Source of the DNA: Eubacteriales bacterium
GTDB taxonomy: Bacteria; Bacillota; Clostridia; Oscillospirales; CAG-272
NCBI GenBank assembly: GCA_045532675.1
Contig: JAZSGJ010000102.1
Location: forward strand, 1 to 42,966
Direction: 5' to 3'
Length of the DNA stretch: 42,966 nucleotides
Shown here: one piece after another, positions 18,751 through 27,765 of the stretch
Layout of the letters: each line of letters begins with the position of its first letter
How positions within the stretch are numbered: the stretch's first letter is position 1
The notes under the pieces: model-generated
Told to the model about the DNA's origin: nothing
The model's input: only the letters and a program-made list of their open reading frames with translations
The model's database searches: none
Translations under genes and position numbers: made by a program

Positions 18751-21700
18751 TATACATTTGCCGGTTCTTTTTCTGTTCCTTCCGTTTTTATATCTGTCGG
18801 CTTTTGTGTGAGGTTCTTTTTTGCGGCGGAGAGCATCAGCTTAATTCTGTTAAGCTGGTTTACCTCACTTGCGCCGGGGTCGTAATCTACGGCGGCGATA
18901 TTTGCCTCGGGATAGGATTTTTTCAGAACCTTTATTACGCCTTTTCCGACTACGTGATTCGGCAGACATGCAAAGGGTTGAATACATACGATATTAGGCA
19001 CACCGCTTGTGAGAAGCTCAATCATCTCACCGGCAAGGAACCAACCTTCGCCATACTGGTTTCCTATTGAAAGGAACGGCTTTGTATTTTCTGCTATATG
19101 GTCAATACGCTGGGACGTGTCAAATCTTTTGCTTGCTTTAAGCGCCGCTATGGCTGGCTTGCGAACCCATTCCATAAGGTTTATACCCATTTTTGAAAGA
19201 TTTGCCTTGATTTTTTTGCCACCTAAAAATTCTGCTCTGTAGGCTGAGTTGTAGAAGCTGTACTGCAAAAAGTCTATAAGATCGGGAACGACAGCCTCTG
19301 CGCCCTCGCGCTCGATAAGCTCGACGAGGTGGTTATTGGCAAGCGGCATATATTTCACGAGAATTTCGCCGACTATGCCGACTCTCGCTTTCTTGATATC
19401 AAGAAGCGGAAGATTGTCAAAATCGTTGACGATGTCAGCGCAAAGCTTTCTGTAGCTGTATTTTTTCTTGTTTGTCAACGAATCTATGCATATGTCACGC
19501 CATTTTGAGTGCATCTCGTTCGCCGAACCGGGTATTGCTTCGTATGGTCTTGTACGGTAGAGACAGCGCATTAAGAGGTCTCCGTAAACCACCGCGCGAA
19601 TCGAATCCACGAGTAGTGGGAGAGTAATGCTGAAGCCCTCGTTTTTCTCCATTCCGTTAGCGTTAAGTGAGATTACGGGAATGTGGCCGAGTCCGGATTT
19701 TTCAAGTGCGCGGCGAATAAAGGCTACGTAGTTGCTTGCTCTGCAGCATCCGCCCGTCTGCGACATCATGATAGCGAGCCTATCCGTGTCGTATTTTCCC
19801 GACGTAACAGCACTCATTATCTGACCGACGACGGTTATAGAAGGGAAGCAGGCGTCGTTATTTACGTACTTAAGGCCCATATCTATGGCATTTCTGTTAT
19901 CGTTATCAAGAATTACCATGTTATAACCGTGCTTTTTAAATACAGGCGCGAGTATATCAAAGTGAATGGGACTCATCTGGGGCGCAATTATGGTATAACC
20001 GTTACCGCGCATTTGTTTGGTGAATTCTTCCCTTGTGTATTCAATTGACGTAGGCAAGGCACAGACACCCTGCTCGCATCTCATTTTCATAGCGGCGAGG
20101 AGACTGCGTATGCGTATTCTGACTGCTCCGAGATTGTTTACCTCGTCGATTTTAAGAAGCGTGTATAGCTTGTTGTTGGCTTCAAGTATTTCTGCGACTT
20201 GATCGGTGGTAACGGCATCAAGACCGCATCCGAATGAGTTAAGCTGTATAAGTTCAAGGTCATCACACTTTGAAACAAATTCAGCAGCGGTGTAAAGTCT
20301 TGAGTGATATACCCATTGGTCAACGACTCTCAAGGGACGCGTTGGGGTAAAGTCTACGGGCAGAGAATCCTCGGTAAATACGGTAAGTCCGTATGATGCG
20401 ATAAGCTCGGGGATACCGTGGTTGATTTCGGGGTCGAGATGGTAGGGACGGCCGACAAGAACAATGCCTGATTTTCCCGAATCATGCATCTTTTTATAGA
20501 GCCTTTCGCCCTCTTTTCTGATATCCTCTTTCGTGTTTATCTGTTCCTGCCAGGCTTTGTCAACGGCGGCACAAACCTCATGTTTAGGGATGTTCCACTC
20601 CTTTTGGCAAAGGCGTACAAGACGCTCCGTTGCCGTTTTTTTGCTTGTAAACGCAATAAAGGGGCGTATGTAATTTATTCTGTTTTCTTCTATTGACTCG
20701 ACGTTGTTTTTAAGGTTTTCGGGGTAGGAAACTACTATAGGGCAGTTAAAGTGATTCTGTGCGTCGGGGGTTTCCTGTTTTTCAAAGAATACGCAGGGGT
20801 GGAATATTGTTTTGGCACCGTTTTCTATAAGCCATTCAACGTGACCGTGCGCAAGTTTTGCTGGATAGCATTCGGATTCCGAGGGGATGGAGTCCATTCC
20901 GCGCTCGTACATCTTTCTGTCGGAAAAGGGTGAGAGAAGAACGCTGAATCCAAGCTTGCGGAAGAAGGTTGCCCAAAACGGATAATTTTCATACATATTG
21001 AGGACTCTCGGTATTCCGATAACACCGCGAGGGGCGGTTTCCTTCGAGAGAGGCGTGTAGCCGAACATTCTCGTGCGCTTATATTCGAAAAGGTTGTCTC
21101 CCTTTTCTGCAAGAGCTTCTTTTCCAAGCCCTTTTTCACAGCGGTTGCCGGTTATATGCCGTCTTCCACCGGGGAATTTGTTGACGGTTAGCATACAGTT
21201 GTTCGCACATCCACCGCAACGAACGCCCGTTGACGAGTAGGTGAGATTTGCTATCTCTTCGAGGGAGAGCATGCTTGACGCCTCACCCGTATAATGTTTT
21301 TTTGCTATTAAAGCGGCTCCAAAGGCGCCCATAAGTCCGGAAATATCGGGGCAGGTGGTCTCGGTGCCAGCTATTTTTTCAAGAGCGCGAAGAACTGCTT
21401 TATTATGGAATGTTCCGCCTTGAACGACGATATGCTCGCCAAGTTCTTTCGCATCGGATAGCTTTATAACCTTGTAAAGAGCATTCTTTACAACGGAGTA
21501 GGCAAGACCTGCAGAAATGTCTGCAACGCTCGCTCCCTCCTTTTGCGCCTGCTTCACATTTGAATTCATAAATACCGTGCAACGCGTACCCAGATCGACG
21601 GGGTTTTGAGCAAAAAGAGCCTCTTTTGCGAAATTTTCGACCGAAAGACCGAGTGAGTTTGCAAAGTTTTCAATGAACGAGCCGCACCCCGAGGAGCAAG

Positions 21701-23024
21701 CCTCGTTAAGCAGTATTGTATCTACTGCGCCGTTCTTAAGCTTTATGCATTTCATATCCTGACCGCCGATGTCAAGCACGCAGTCAACGTCCTTGTCAAA
21801 GAAGGATGCCGCAGTGCAATGAGCAATTGTTTCAACCTCGCCCTCGTCAAGTGAGAATGCTGATTTCAGAAGAGCTTCTCCGTATCCCGTTGAGCAGGAG
21901 CGAACTATCTTCGCGCCCTCGGGAAGCGCTGAGGCAAGCTCGGACAGAGCTCTTTTAGCGGTGTTTACAGGATTGCCGTTATTACTTGAATAGAATGAAA
22001 ACAGAAGCTCACCCGAGTTGCCGATAAGCGCGAGCTTAGTTGTTGTTGAGCCGGCATCTATACCGAGGAAACATTCACCCTTGTAGCTTTTTATGTCTTT
22101 TTTTGCTAAAATAGCCTTGCTGTGACGGGTATTAAATTCGTCAAAATCCGACTCGGATTTGAAAAGGGGAGCAAGCCGTGGCATCTCAAAGGATACTTCA
22201 ACTCCTTCCTTAAGCCTTTCTATAAGCTTTTCTATGAGAATCGGTTTTGCTTCGTCCGCTTCAAGAGCAGCTCCGATAGCGGCAAAGAGATGAGAGTTTT
22301 CAGGATCAACCGTAGTTTCGGGTGTAAGCTTCAGCGTTCTTATAAACGCGGTCTTAAGCTCGGTTAAAAAGTGGAGCGGACCGCCGAGAAAGGCAACGCA
22401 TCCGCGTATAGGTTTACCGCAGGCAAGTCCGGAAATGGTTTGATTGACTACGGCTTGGAATATTGATGCCGCAAGGTCTGCTTTTGTCGCGCCCTCGTTT
22501 ATGAGCGGTTGTATGTCGGTTTTTGCGAAAACTCCGCAACGCGCGGCAATCGGATATATTTCTTTATAATTTTTCGCTTCTTTGTTAAGTCCTTCTGCAT
22601 CGGTCTGAAGAAGCGCCGCCATCTGATCTATAAATGAGCCTGTACCTCCGGCACAAACGCCGTTCATACGCTCCTCAAGTCCGCCGGTAAAGTAAATTAT
22701 CTTGGCATCCTCTCCGCCAAGCTCAATTGCGACATCTGTTTGCGGAGCATAATCCTGAAGTGCCGTAGCAACTGCAACGACCTCTTGTATAAATTCAATT
22801 CCGAGAGCTTTTCCGAGGTTGATTGAGCCGGAACCCGTAATTTTTGTCTTTATATAGCATTCGCCGACACACTCTTTTGCTTCGATTAGAAGCTCTGCAA
22901 GGGTTTGTTGCGTGTGCGCAAGATGTCTTTTGTATTTTTCATATACTGGAATACCGGCGGCATCAAGCAAAACAAGCTTCACCGTCGTTGACCCAATATC
23001 TATACCTGCTCTGTATTCTTTCAT
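18750..23024 (-). CDS. 2-hydroxyacyl-CoA dehydratase activase multidomain fusion (two ASKHA activase domains, DUF2229, dehydratase-like domain; YxcA-like)
   Basis: GIDIGSTT...ELGGEDAK...CAGGTGSF and GIDAGSTT...DIGGQDMK...CSSGCGSF; CYPAK, NSFGCGLDA, QPFACLPNH. Confidence 0.9.
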   Translation of the reverse strand: MKEYRAGIDIGSTTVKLVLLDAAGIPVYEKYKRHLAHTQQTLAELLIEAKECVGECYIKTKITGSGSINLGKALGIEFIQEVVAVATALQDYAPQTDVAIELGGEDAKIIYFTGGLEERMNGVCAGGTGSFIDQMAALLQTDAEGLNKEAKNYKEIYPIAARCGVFAKTDIQPLINEGATKADLAASIFQAVVNQTISGLACGKPIRGCVAFLGGPLHFLTELKTAFIRTLKLTPETTVDPENSHLFAAIGAALEADEAKPILIEKLIERLKEGVEVSFEMPRLAPLFKSESDFDEFNTRHSKAILAKKDIKSYKGECFLGIDAGSTTTKLALIGNSGELLFSFYSSNNGNPVNTAKRALSELASALPEGAKIVRSCSTGYGEALLKSAFSLDEGEVETIAHCTAASFFDKDVDCVLDIGGQDMKCIKLKNGAVDTILLNEACSSGCGSFIENFANSLGLSVENFAKEALFAQNPVDLGTRCTVFMNSNVKQAQKEGASVADISAGLAYSVVKNALYKVIKLSDAKELGEHIVVQGGTFHNKAVLRALEKIAGTETTCPDISGLMGAFGAALIAKKHYTGEASSMLSLEEIANLTYSSTGVRCGGCANNCMLTVNKFPGGRRHITGNRCEKGLGKEALAEKGDNLFEYKRTRMFGYTPLSKETAPRGVIGIPRVLNMYENYPFWATFFRKLGFSVLLSPFSDRKMYERGMDSIPSESECYPAKLAHGHVEWLIENGAKTIFHPCVFFEKQETPDAQNHFNCPIVVSYPENLKNNVESIEENRINYIRPFIAFTSKKTATERLVRLCQKEWNIPKHEVCAAVDKAWQEQINTKEDIRKEGERLYKKMHDSGKSGIVLVGRPYHLDPEINHGIPELIASYGLTVFTEDSLPVDFTPTRPLRVVDQWVYHSRLYTAAEFVSKCDDLELIQLNSFGCGLDAVTTDQVAEILEANNKLYTLLKIDEVNNLGAVRIRIRSLLAAMKMRCEQGVCALPTSIEYTREEFTKQMRGNGYTIIAPQMSPIHFDILAPVFKKHGYNMVILDNDNRNAIDMGLKYVNNDACFPSITVVGQIMSAVTSGKYDTDRLAIMMSQTGGCCRASNYVAFIRRALEKSGLGHIPVISLNANGMEKNEGFSITLPLLVDSIRAVVYGDLLMRCLYRTRPYEAIPGSANEMHSKWRDICIDSLTNKKKYSYRKLCADIVNDFDNLPLLDIKKARVGIVGEILVKYMPLANNHLVELIEREGAEAVVPDLIDFLQYSFYNSAYRAEFLGGKKIKANLSKMGINLMEWVRKPAIAALKASKRFDTSQRIDHIAENTKPFLSIGNQYGEGWFLAGEMIELLTSGVPNIVCIQPFACLPNHVVGKGVIKVLKKSYPEANIAAVDYDPGASEVNQLNRIKLMLSAAKKNLTQKPTDIKTEGTEKEPANV

Positions 23025-23062
23025 ATGAGAGTTCCTTTCAAAAGGAGTTGTTTTACTTTTAT

Positions 23063-23091
23063 ATTATAAACCTAAAATGTGAATTTTTCAA
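23063..23091 (-). promoter_or_regulatory. Sigma-A promoter of the activase gene
   Basis: Minus strand TTGAAA-17 bp-TATAAT. Confidence 0.6.
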
Positions 23092-23530
23092 GACATTTTA
23101 CAATTCAAAAAATCCCTTTGATTCACAGCGGTATATACGTTACAGGTAAGTATTGCAATCAAAGGGGATTTTATTATTTTGTTTCTCATTGAGCTTTTTC
23201 CGCTGACCTTTCCGTCAACAAGGCTCTCTGATTTGATAATAGAATTTTCGCTGATGTCTAGTGTTACGGCTCCGATATAGGATTCATGAGAAAGCTCCTT
23301 GTTTATATCAATAGGTGAGTCGTATGCATCCTCTCATTTCCATACTAATTATCCGTTTATCTCGGATGACGGGGATGGAACGGCTGTCCCCTCGTGGGTA
23401 TATGAAGCGTTAAAAACGTTATTAAGTATTCCTACGTACATGGATAGGACCTTCTAAATAAATAGTCAACCAATTTTATCATTTAATTTTAAAATTGTCA
23501 ATACCAAAGGCAGTATTTTAATATACTAAA

Positions 23531-23559
23531 TTGACTTTTTTCTACGTATGTGGTAAAAT
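23531..23559 (+). promoter_or_regulatory. Sigma-A promoter of pepF
   Basis: TTGACT-17 bp-TAAAAT with extended TG. Confidence 0.7.
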
Positions 23560-23585
23560 ATAAAAAAACATAATTGGAGTGTGTT

Positions 23586-25343
23586 ATGAATTACGAGTGG
23601 GATCTATCAATGCTTTACTCCGACTTTGATTCTCGGGAATTTAATGATGACGTCAGCGCCTTATCATCGGCAATATCAGAGACGAATGCTCTTGCGGTTG
23701 AAGCTGAGAGCATGGTTCACTCAGAGCTTATAAAAAAATTTATCGCCTTGAGTGAGTCTATAAATATGTATGCGAGAAAGCTTATCATATACTCTAATCT
23801 GCGCTATTCGGCAAATACCGCCGACACCGCCGCAACGTCAAATATCGGCAAAATAATGGGAATGCTCAGCGACGTTTCAGCACCCGATGCGAAGATATCA
23901 AAAATAATTGCGGGATACTCAGATCTTGATGAAATAATTGACACGGATGTCTCACTTTCTGAGTATCGTTATCTCCTTAATAATATTCGACGCGACAGTA
24001 AATATCTTCTTAGCGATGGCGAGGAGAGGGTTTTCGCAAAAATGAATATATCAGGCGCTGAGGCTTGGGATGATCTTCAAAGCTTCCTTACAAGCAGTGT
24101 AAGGGTTGATTGCGACGGAAAGAAGATAACTCTTTCAGAGGTTCGCAATCTTGCTTATGACCCCGATTCAAACGTGCGTCTAAAAGCATATAAAGCCGAG
24201 CTTGCGTGCTATGAAAACATTAAAGATTCGGTTGCGTTCGCGCTTAACAGTATAAAGCTTCAGGTGCTTTCGGAGTGCGAAATGCGCGGATACGAATCAC
24301 CCCTTTGCAAGACTCTTTATACTTCAAGAATGAAGAAGGAAACTCTTGATGCTTTGATATCCGCAATGGAAGAATACATGCCTGTGTTCCGTAAATATCT
24401 TCGAGCAAAAGCTAAGGCACTCGGTCACTGTGGCGGACTTCCTTGGTATGACCTCTTCGCTCCTATGGGGAAGAGTGATAAAACCTACACGGTCATTGAG
24501 GCTAAGGAATATTTGCTTGGAATTTTTAAGGACTTTGACACTGAGCTTCACGATATGGTGAAGTATGCATTTGAGAACGGTTGGATTGATTTTTATCCGA
24601 GGGCAGGTAAGGTTGGCGGTGCATTTGACTGCGCTGTACCGTCTGCAAAGGAAAGCCGTGTTTTGACTAACTTTGACGGCTCCTTCAGCGATATCGTAAC
24701 GCTTGCGCATGAGCTTGGACATTCATTCCACGACAGGCAGGTTTTTGCTCACTCCATTCTAAATCAGGAATATTCAATGCCGGTTGCTGAAACTGCATCC
24801 ACTTTTAACGAGGTGCTCGTTATGGGAGAGGCAATAAGAAATGCTAAGGATAAAGATGAGAAAATTTCGCTTATTGAGGGACAACTCACAGATGCGTGCC
24901 AAATTATCTGCGACATTTATTCAAGATATACTTTTGAGACCTCTGTTTTTGAGAATAGACCGAATGAATTTATGAGTGCAGACAGGATGTGTGAACTTAT
25001 GCTCGCGGCTCAAAAAAAGGCCTACGGGGAGGGACTCGACGAAAACGTTATGCATCCTTATATGTGGCTTTGCAAGGGGCATTATTACAGCGGAAGTCTC
25101 AGCTTTTATAATTTTCCGTATGCCTTTGGCGGTCTTTTTGCTAGAGGTCTTTACGCAAAATATAAGAAAGAGGGAAACTCATTTGTTCCAACGTATAAAG
25201 CGATGCTCCGCGCAACGAGCGTTATGGATATTGAGGACTGCGCGCAAACGGTAGGGGTAGACATTACCGATAAGGAATTCTGGCGCGAAGGACTCAAGAC
25301 CATAGCAGATGAAATCGAGGAGTTCTGTGAGCTTGTAAAATAA
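23586..25343 (+). CDS. pepF: M3B oligoendopeptidase F
   Basis: HELGH zinc motif, AETASTFNE, GKVGGAF, FYNFPYAFG; ATG at 23586 after GGAG. Confidence 0.92.
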   Translation: MNYEWDLSMLYSDFDSREFNDDVSALSSAISETNALAVEAESMVHSELIKKFIALSESINMYARKLIIYSNLRYSANTADTAATSNIGKIMGMLSDVSAPDAKISKIIAGYSDLDEIIDTDVSLSEYRYLLNNIRRDSKYLLSDGEERVFAKMNISGAEAWDDLQSFLTSSVRVDCDGKKITLSEVRNLAYDPDSNVRLKAYKAELACYENIKDSVAFALNSIKLQVLSECEMRGYESPLCKTLYTSRMKKETLDALISAMEEYMPVFRKYLRAKAKALGHCGGLPWYDLFAPMGKSDKTYTVIEAKEYLLGIFKDFDTELHDMVKYAFENGWIDFYPRAGKVGGAFDCAVPSAKESRVLTNFDGSFSDIVTLAHELGHSFHDRQVFAHSILNQEYSMPVAETASTFNEVLVMGEAIRNAKDKDEKISLIEGQLTDACQIICDIYSRYTFETSVFENRPNEFMSADRMCELMLAAQKKAYGEGLDENVMHPYMWLCKGHYYSGSLSFYNFPYAFGGLFARGLYAKYKKEGNSFVPTYKAMLRATSVMDIEDCAQTVGVDITDKEFWREGLKTIADEIEEFCELVK

Positions 25344-25345
25344 TT

Positions 25346-25390
25346 CATATAAAACGAAAACGGTGCATTGCACCGTTTTCGTTTTATATG
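25346..25390 (+). terminator. Long perfect palindrome / terminator after pepF
   Basis: 22-bp arms CATATAAAACGAAAACGGTGCA-T-TGCACCGTTTTCGTTTTATATG. Confidence 0.75.
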
Positions 25391-25521
25391 CCGCTTAAGA
25401 TCGAATTGTAAGGACGGGTGTTCCGATATTTCGAAGAGCCCTAGATGCTCTTTGAATATAATAAAACAAAGAAATCGTTCCGTCAAGGAATGGACAAAAT
25501 ATAATTATTTTGACTTTCATC

Positions 25522-25587
25522 TTGACAAAAACTACTTGCTTATGATAAAATAGTTGCAAGTGAAACTATTGCATATGCAACTATTTT
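25522..25587 (+). promoter_or_regulatory. Promoter with MarR-type operator
   Basis: TTGACA-18 bp-TAAAAT; inverted repeat AAAATAGTTGCA (25547)...TGCAACTATTTT (25587) overlapping the -10 and start region. Confidence 0.75.
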
Positions 25588-25606
25588 GGAGAAAGAGGAA
25601 AAATAT

Positions 25607-26047
25607 ATGCCGAGAATTATGAAAAAGCTTAACAACATCAGCCGTTCACAGGCGGTTTTCAGAAACTCGAAGCTTGACGGTGAGCTTCCACCTAGTTGCC
25701 ATACTTATGTTCTTGCAATTTGCAGAGCGCCCGGCAGGACGCAGGATGAGCTTGCAGAGGATATATGTACGAGCAAGAGCACCGTTGCAAGACGGATTGA
25801 CAGATTGCTTGAGCTTGGATACGTTATGAGAGAGCCGAGCAAAGAAGATAAACGATGTCTCAAGGTTTATCCAACCGAAAAGATGATTGATATTCTTCCT
25901 GAAGTAAGGAAGATTACACAGGAATGGAATTCGATTATCACTGAAGGAATATCCGACGCGGATATGGGGGTATTTGAATCGGTGCTTTCGCGAATGGAAG
26001 CTAAAGCAAGAGCCGCAATCGGAAAGGGTATGGTTGACGGCGTATGA
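25607..26047 (+). CDS. MarR-family transcriptional regulator
   Basis: TQDELA...SKSTVARRIDRL...GYV.R...DKR winged helix; ATG at 25607 after GAGG. Confidence 0.92.
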   Translation: MPRIMKKLNNISRSQAVFRNSKLDGELPPSCHTYVLAICRAPGRTQDELAEDICTSKSTVARRIDRLLELGYVMREPSKEDKRCLKVYPTEKMIDILPEVRKITQEWNSIITEGISDADMGVFESVLSRMEAKARAAIGKGMVDGV

Positions 26048-27765
26048 AATTTCTTTTTAGATATATTAATCCGTACAAGTGGAGAATGCTTCGCGGATTT
26101 GCGATAAAGGTTTGCGGGACTGTTACCGAGCTTTTTCTCCCTGTAATTTTAACCTATATTCTTGATAATGTAATTGGAACTCTTAACGTAGGCAGGGTTA
26201 TATTTTACGGGGTGCTTATGATAGTGTGTTCGGTGCTTACCTGCGTTCTGAACATAATAGCCAACAGGATGGCGGCTCGCGTTTCAACCGATATATCGAA
26301 GCATATGCGAAAGGATTTGTTTGAAAAAACGCTTTATCTATCCGCTCGTCAGACAGATGAATTTACAATTGCATCGCTAGAGTCGCGTATAACCTCAGAT
26401 ACCTATAATGTGCATCACTTTATAAACATGATGCAGCGTATGGGAGTAAGAGCGCCTATTCTTCTTTTTGGGGGTGTGACTATCACTCTTATAATGGATG
26501 CGCATTTAGCGCTTGTTATGCTTGCGACGTTGCCGATAATTTTTGCGGTGGTTTACCTTGTTTCAAGATGCGGTGTCCCGCTTTACACGAAGGTACAGAA
26601 GTCGGTAGACAGAATGGTTCGCGTCGTTCGCGAGGATGCGCAGGGAATAAGAGTTATTAAAGCTCTTTCCAAAAACGAATATGAAAACAGAAGGTATAAT
26701 GAGGTTAACGAAAACCTTTCGCGTGATGAGCGTATGGCAGGAGTTATTATGGGTATTCCGAACCCCGTAATGACGCTTCTCATGAACCTCGGTATATGCG
26801 GAGTTGTCGCGCTCAGTGCGGTACGTGTATCGGAAAATCTATCATCTTCCGCAACTGTTATTGCATTCATGCAATATTTTACACAGATTTCAATGGCTAT
26901 GATGGTTCTTTCCCGCATATTCGTTATGTACACAAAATGCGCGGCAAGCGCAAGGCGTATCGGTGAGGTCATAGACACTCCGGATGAATTTACAGTAGAA
27001 AAAAATGAGGGCAAAAAAATTGACACGGATGCCCATATAACCTTTAGAAACGTTTCGTTTTCTTATTTTGGAAAAAAGAACAATCTTGAAAATGTAAATG
27101 TTAGATTACATAAAGGTGACACGCTAGGAATAATTGGCGCGACGGGAAGCGGAAAGACAACATTTATAAAGCTTCTCATGCGTTTTTACGACGTGAGCTC
27201 GGGTGAAATATTGATAAACGGGGCTCCGATTAACTCGTATGGCAGAGAGGAGCTTACTTCTATGTTCGGCGTTGCAATGCAAAAGGATTTTCTCTATTCC
27301 GATACGATTCTTGAAAATATTAGGTTCGGAAGAGATATAGGCGACGCTGACGTTCGCCACGCGGCAAAAATAGCTCAGGCAAATGAATTTATTGAGGCAC
27401 TTGAGGATGGATATATGCATATGCTTTCTCCTAACGGAACTAATCTTTCGGGAGGACAGAGGCAAAGACTTCTTATAGCGAGGGCGCTCGCTGCGAATCC
27501 CGAAATTCTGATACTTGACGACTCGTCATCAGCGCTTGACTACAAAACTGACGCAAATCTCAGACGTGCTTTGAGGAATGAACTTTCGGGCACAACCGTT
27601 ATAACGGTTGCGCAAAGAGTAAGCTCGGTGATGAGCTGTGACCTTATTTTAGTCCTTGATGACGGTAAGGTTATCGGTATGGGAACGCATGAAGAGCTGC
27701 TATCATCGTGCTTCGAATATAAAGAAATAAGTGATTCGCAGATGGGAGGTGCTATAGTTGAGTAG
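26044..27765 (+). CDS. Heterodimeric multidrug-type ABC exporter, subunit with the degenerate site
   Basis: TM domain plus GATGSGKT, LSGGQRQR, non-canonical LDDSSSALD and AQR. Confidence 0.92.
   Translation: MKFLFRYINPYKWRMLRGFAIKVCGTVTELFLPVILTYILDNVIGTLNVGRVIFYGVLMIVCSVLTCVLNIIANRMAARVSTDISKHMRKDLFEKTLYLSARQTDEFTIASLESRITSDTYNVHHFINMMQRMGVRAPILLFGGVTITLIMDAHLALVMLATLPIIFAVVYLVSRCGVPLYTKVQKSVDRMVRVVREDAQGIRVIKALSKNEYENRRYNEVNENLSRDERMAGVIMGIPNPVMTLLMNLGICGVVALSAVRVSENLSSSATVIAFMQYFTQISMAMMVLSRIFVMYTKCAASARRIGEVIDTPDEFTVEKNEGKKIDTDAHITFRNVSFSYFGKKNNLENVNVRLHKGDTLGIIGATGSGKTTFIKLLMRFYDVSSGEILINGAPINSYGREELTSMFGVAMQKDFLYSDTILENIRFGRDIGDADVRHAAKIAQANEFIEALEDGYMHMLSPNGTNLSGGQRQRLLIARALAANPEILILDDSSSALDYKTDANLRRALRNELSGTTVITVAQRVSSVMSCDLILVLDDGKVIGMGTHEELLSSCFEYKEISDSQMGGAIVE

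Noticed and set aside
26044-27765. Apparently defective ABC motifs (LDD, AQR) suggesting a pseudogene
   Set aside because: This is the normal degenerate site of heterodimeric exporters of the TM287/288 type.
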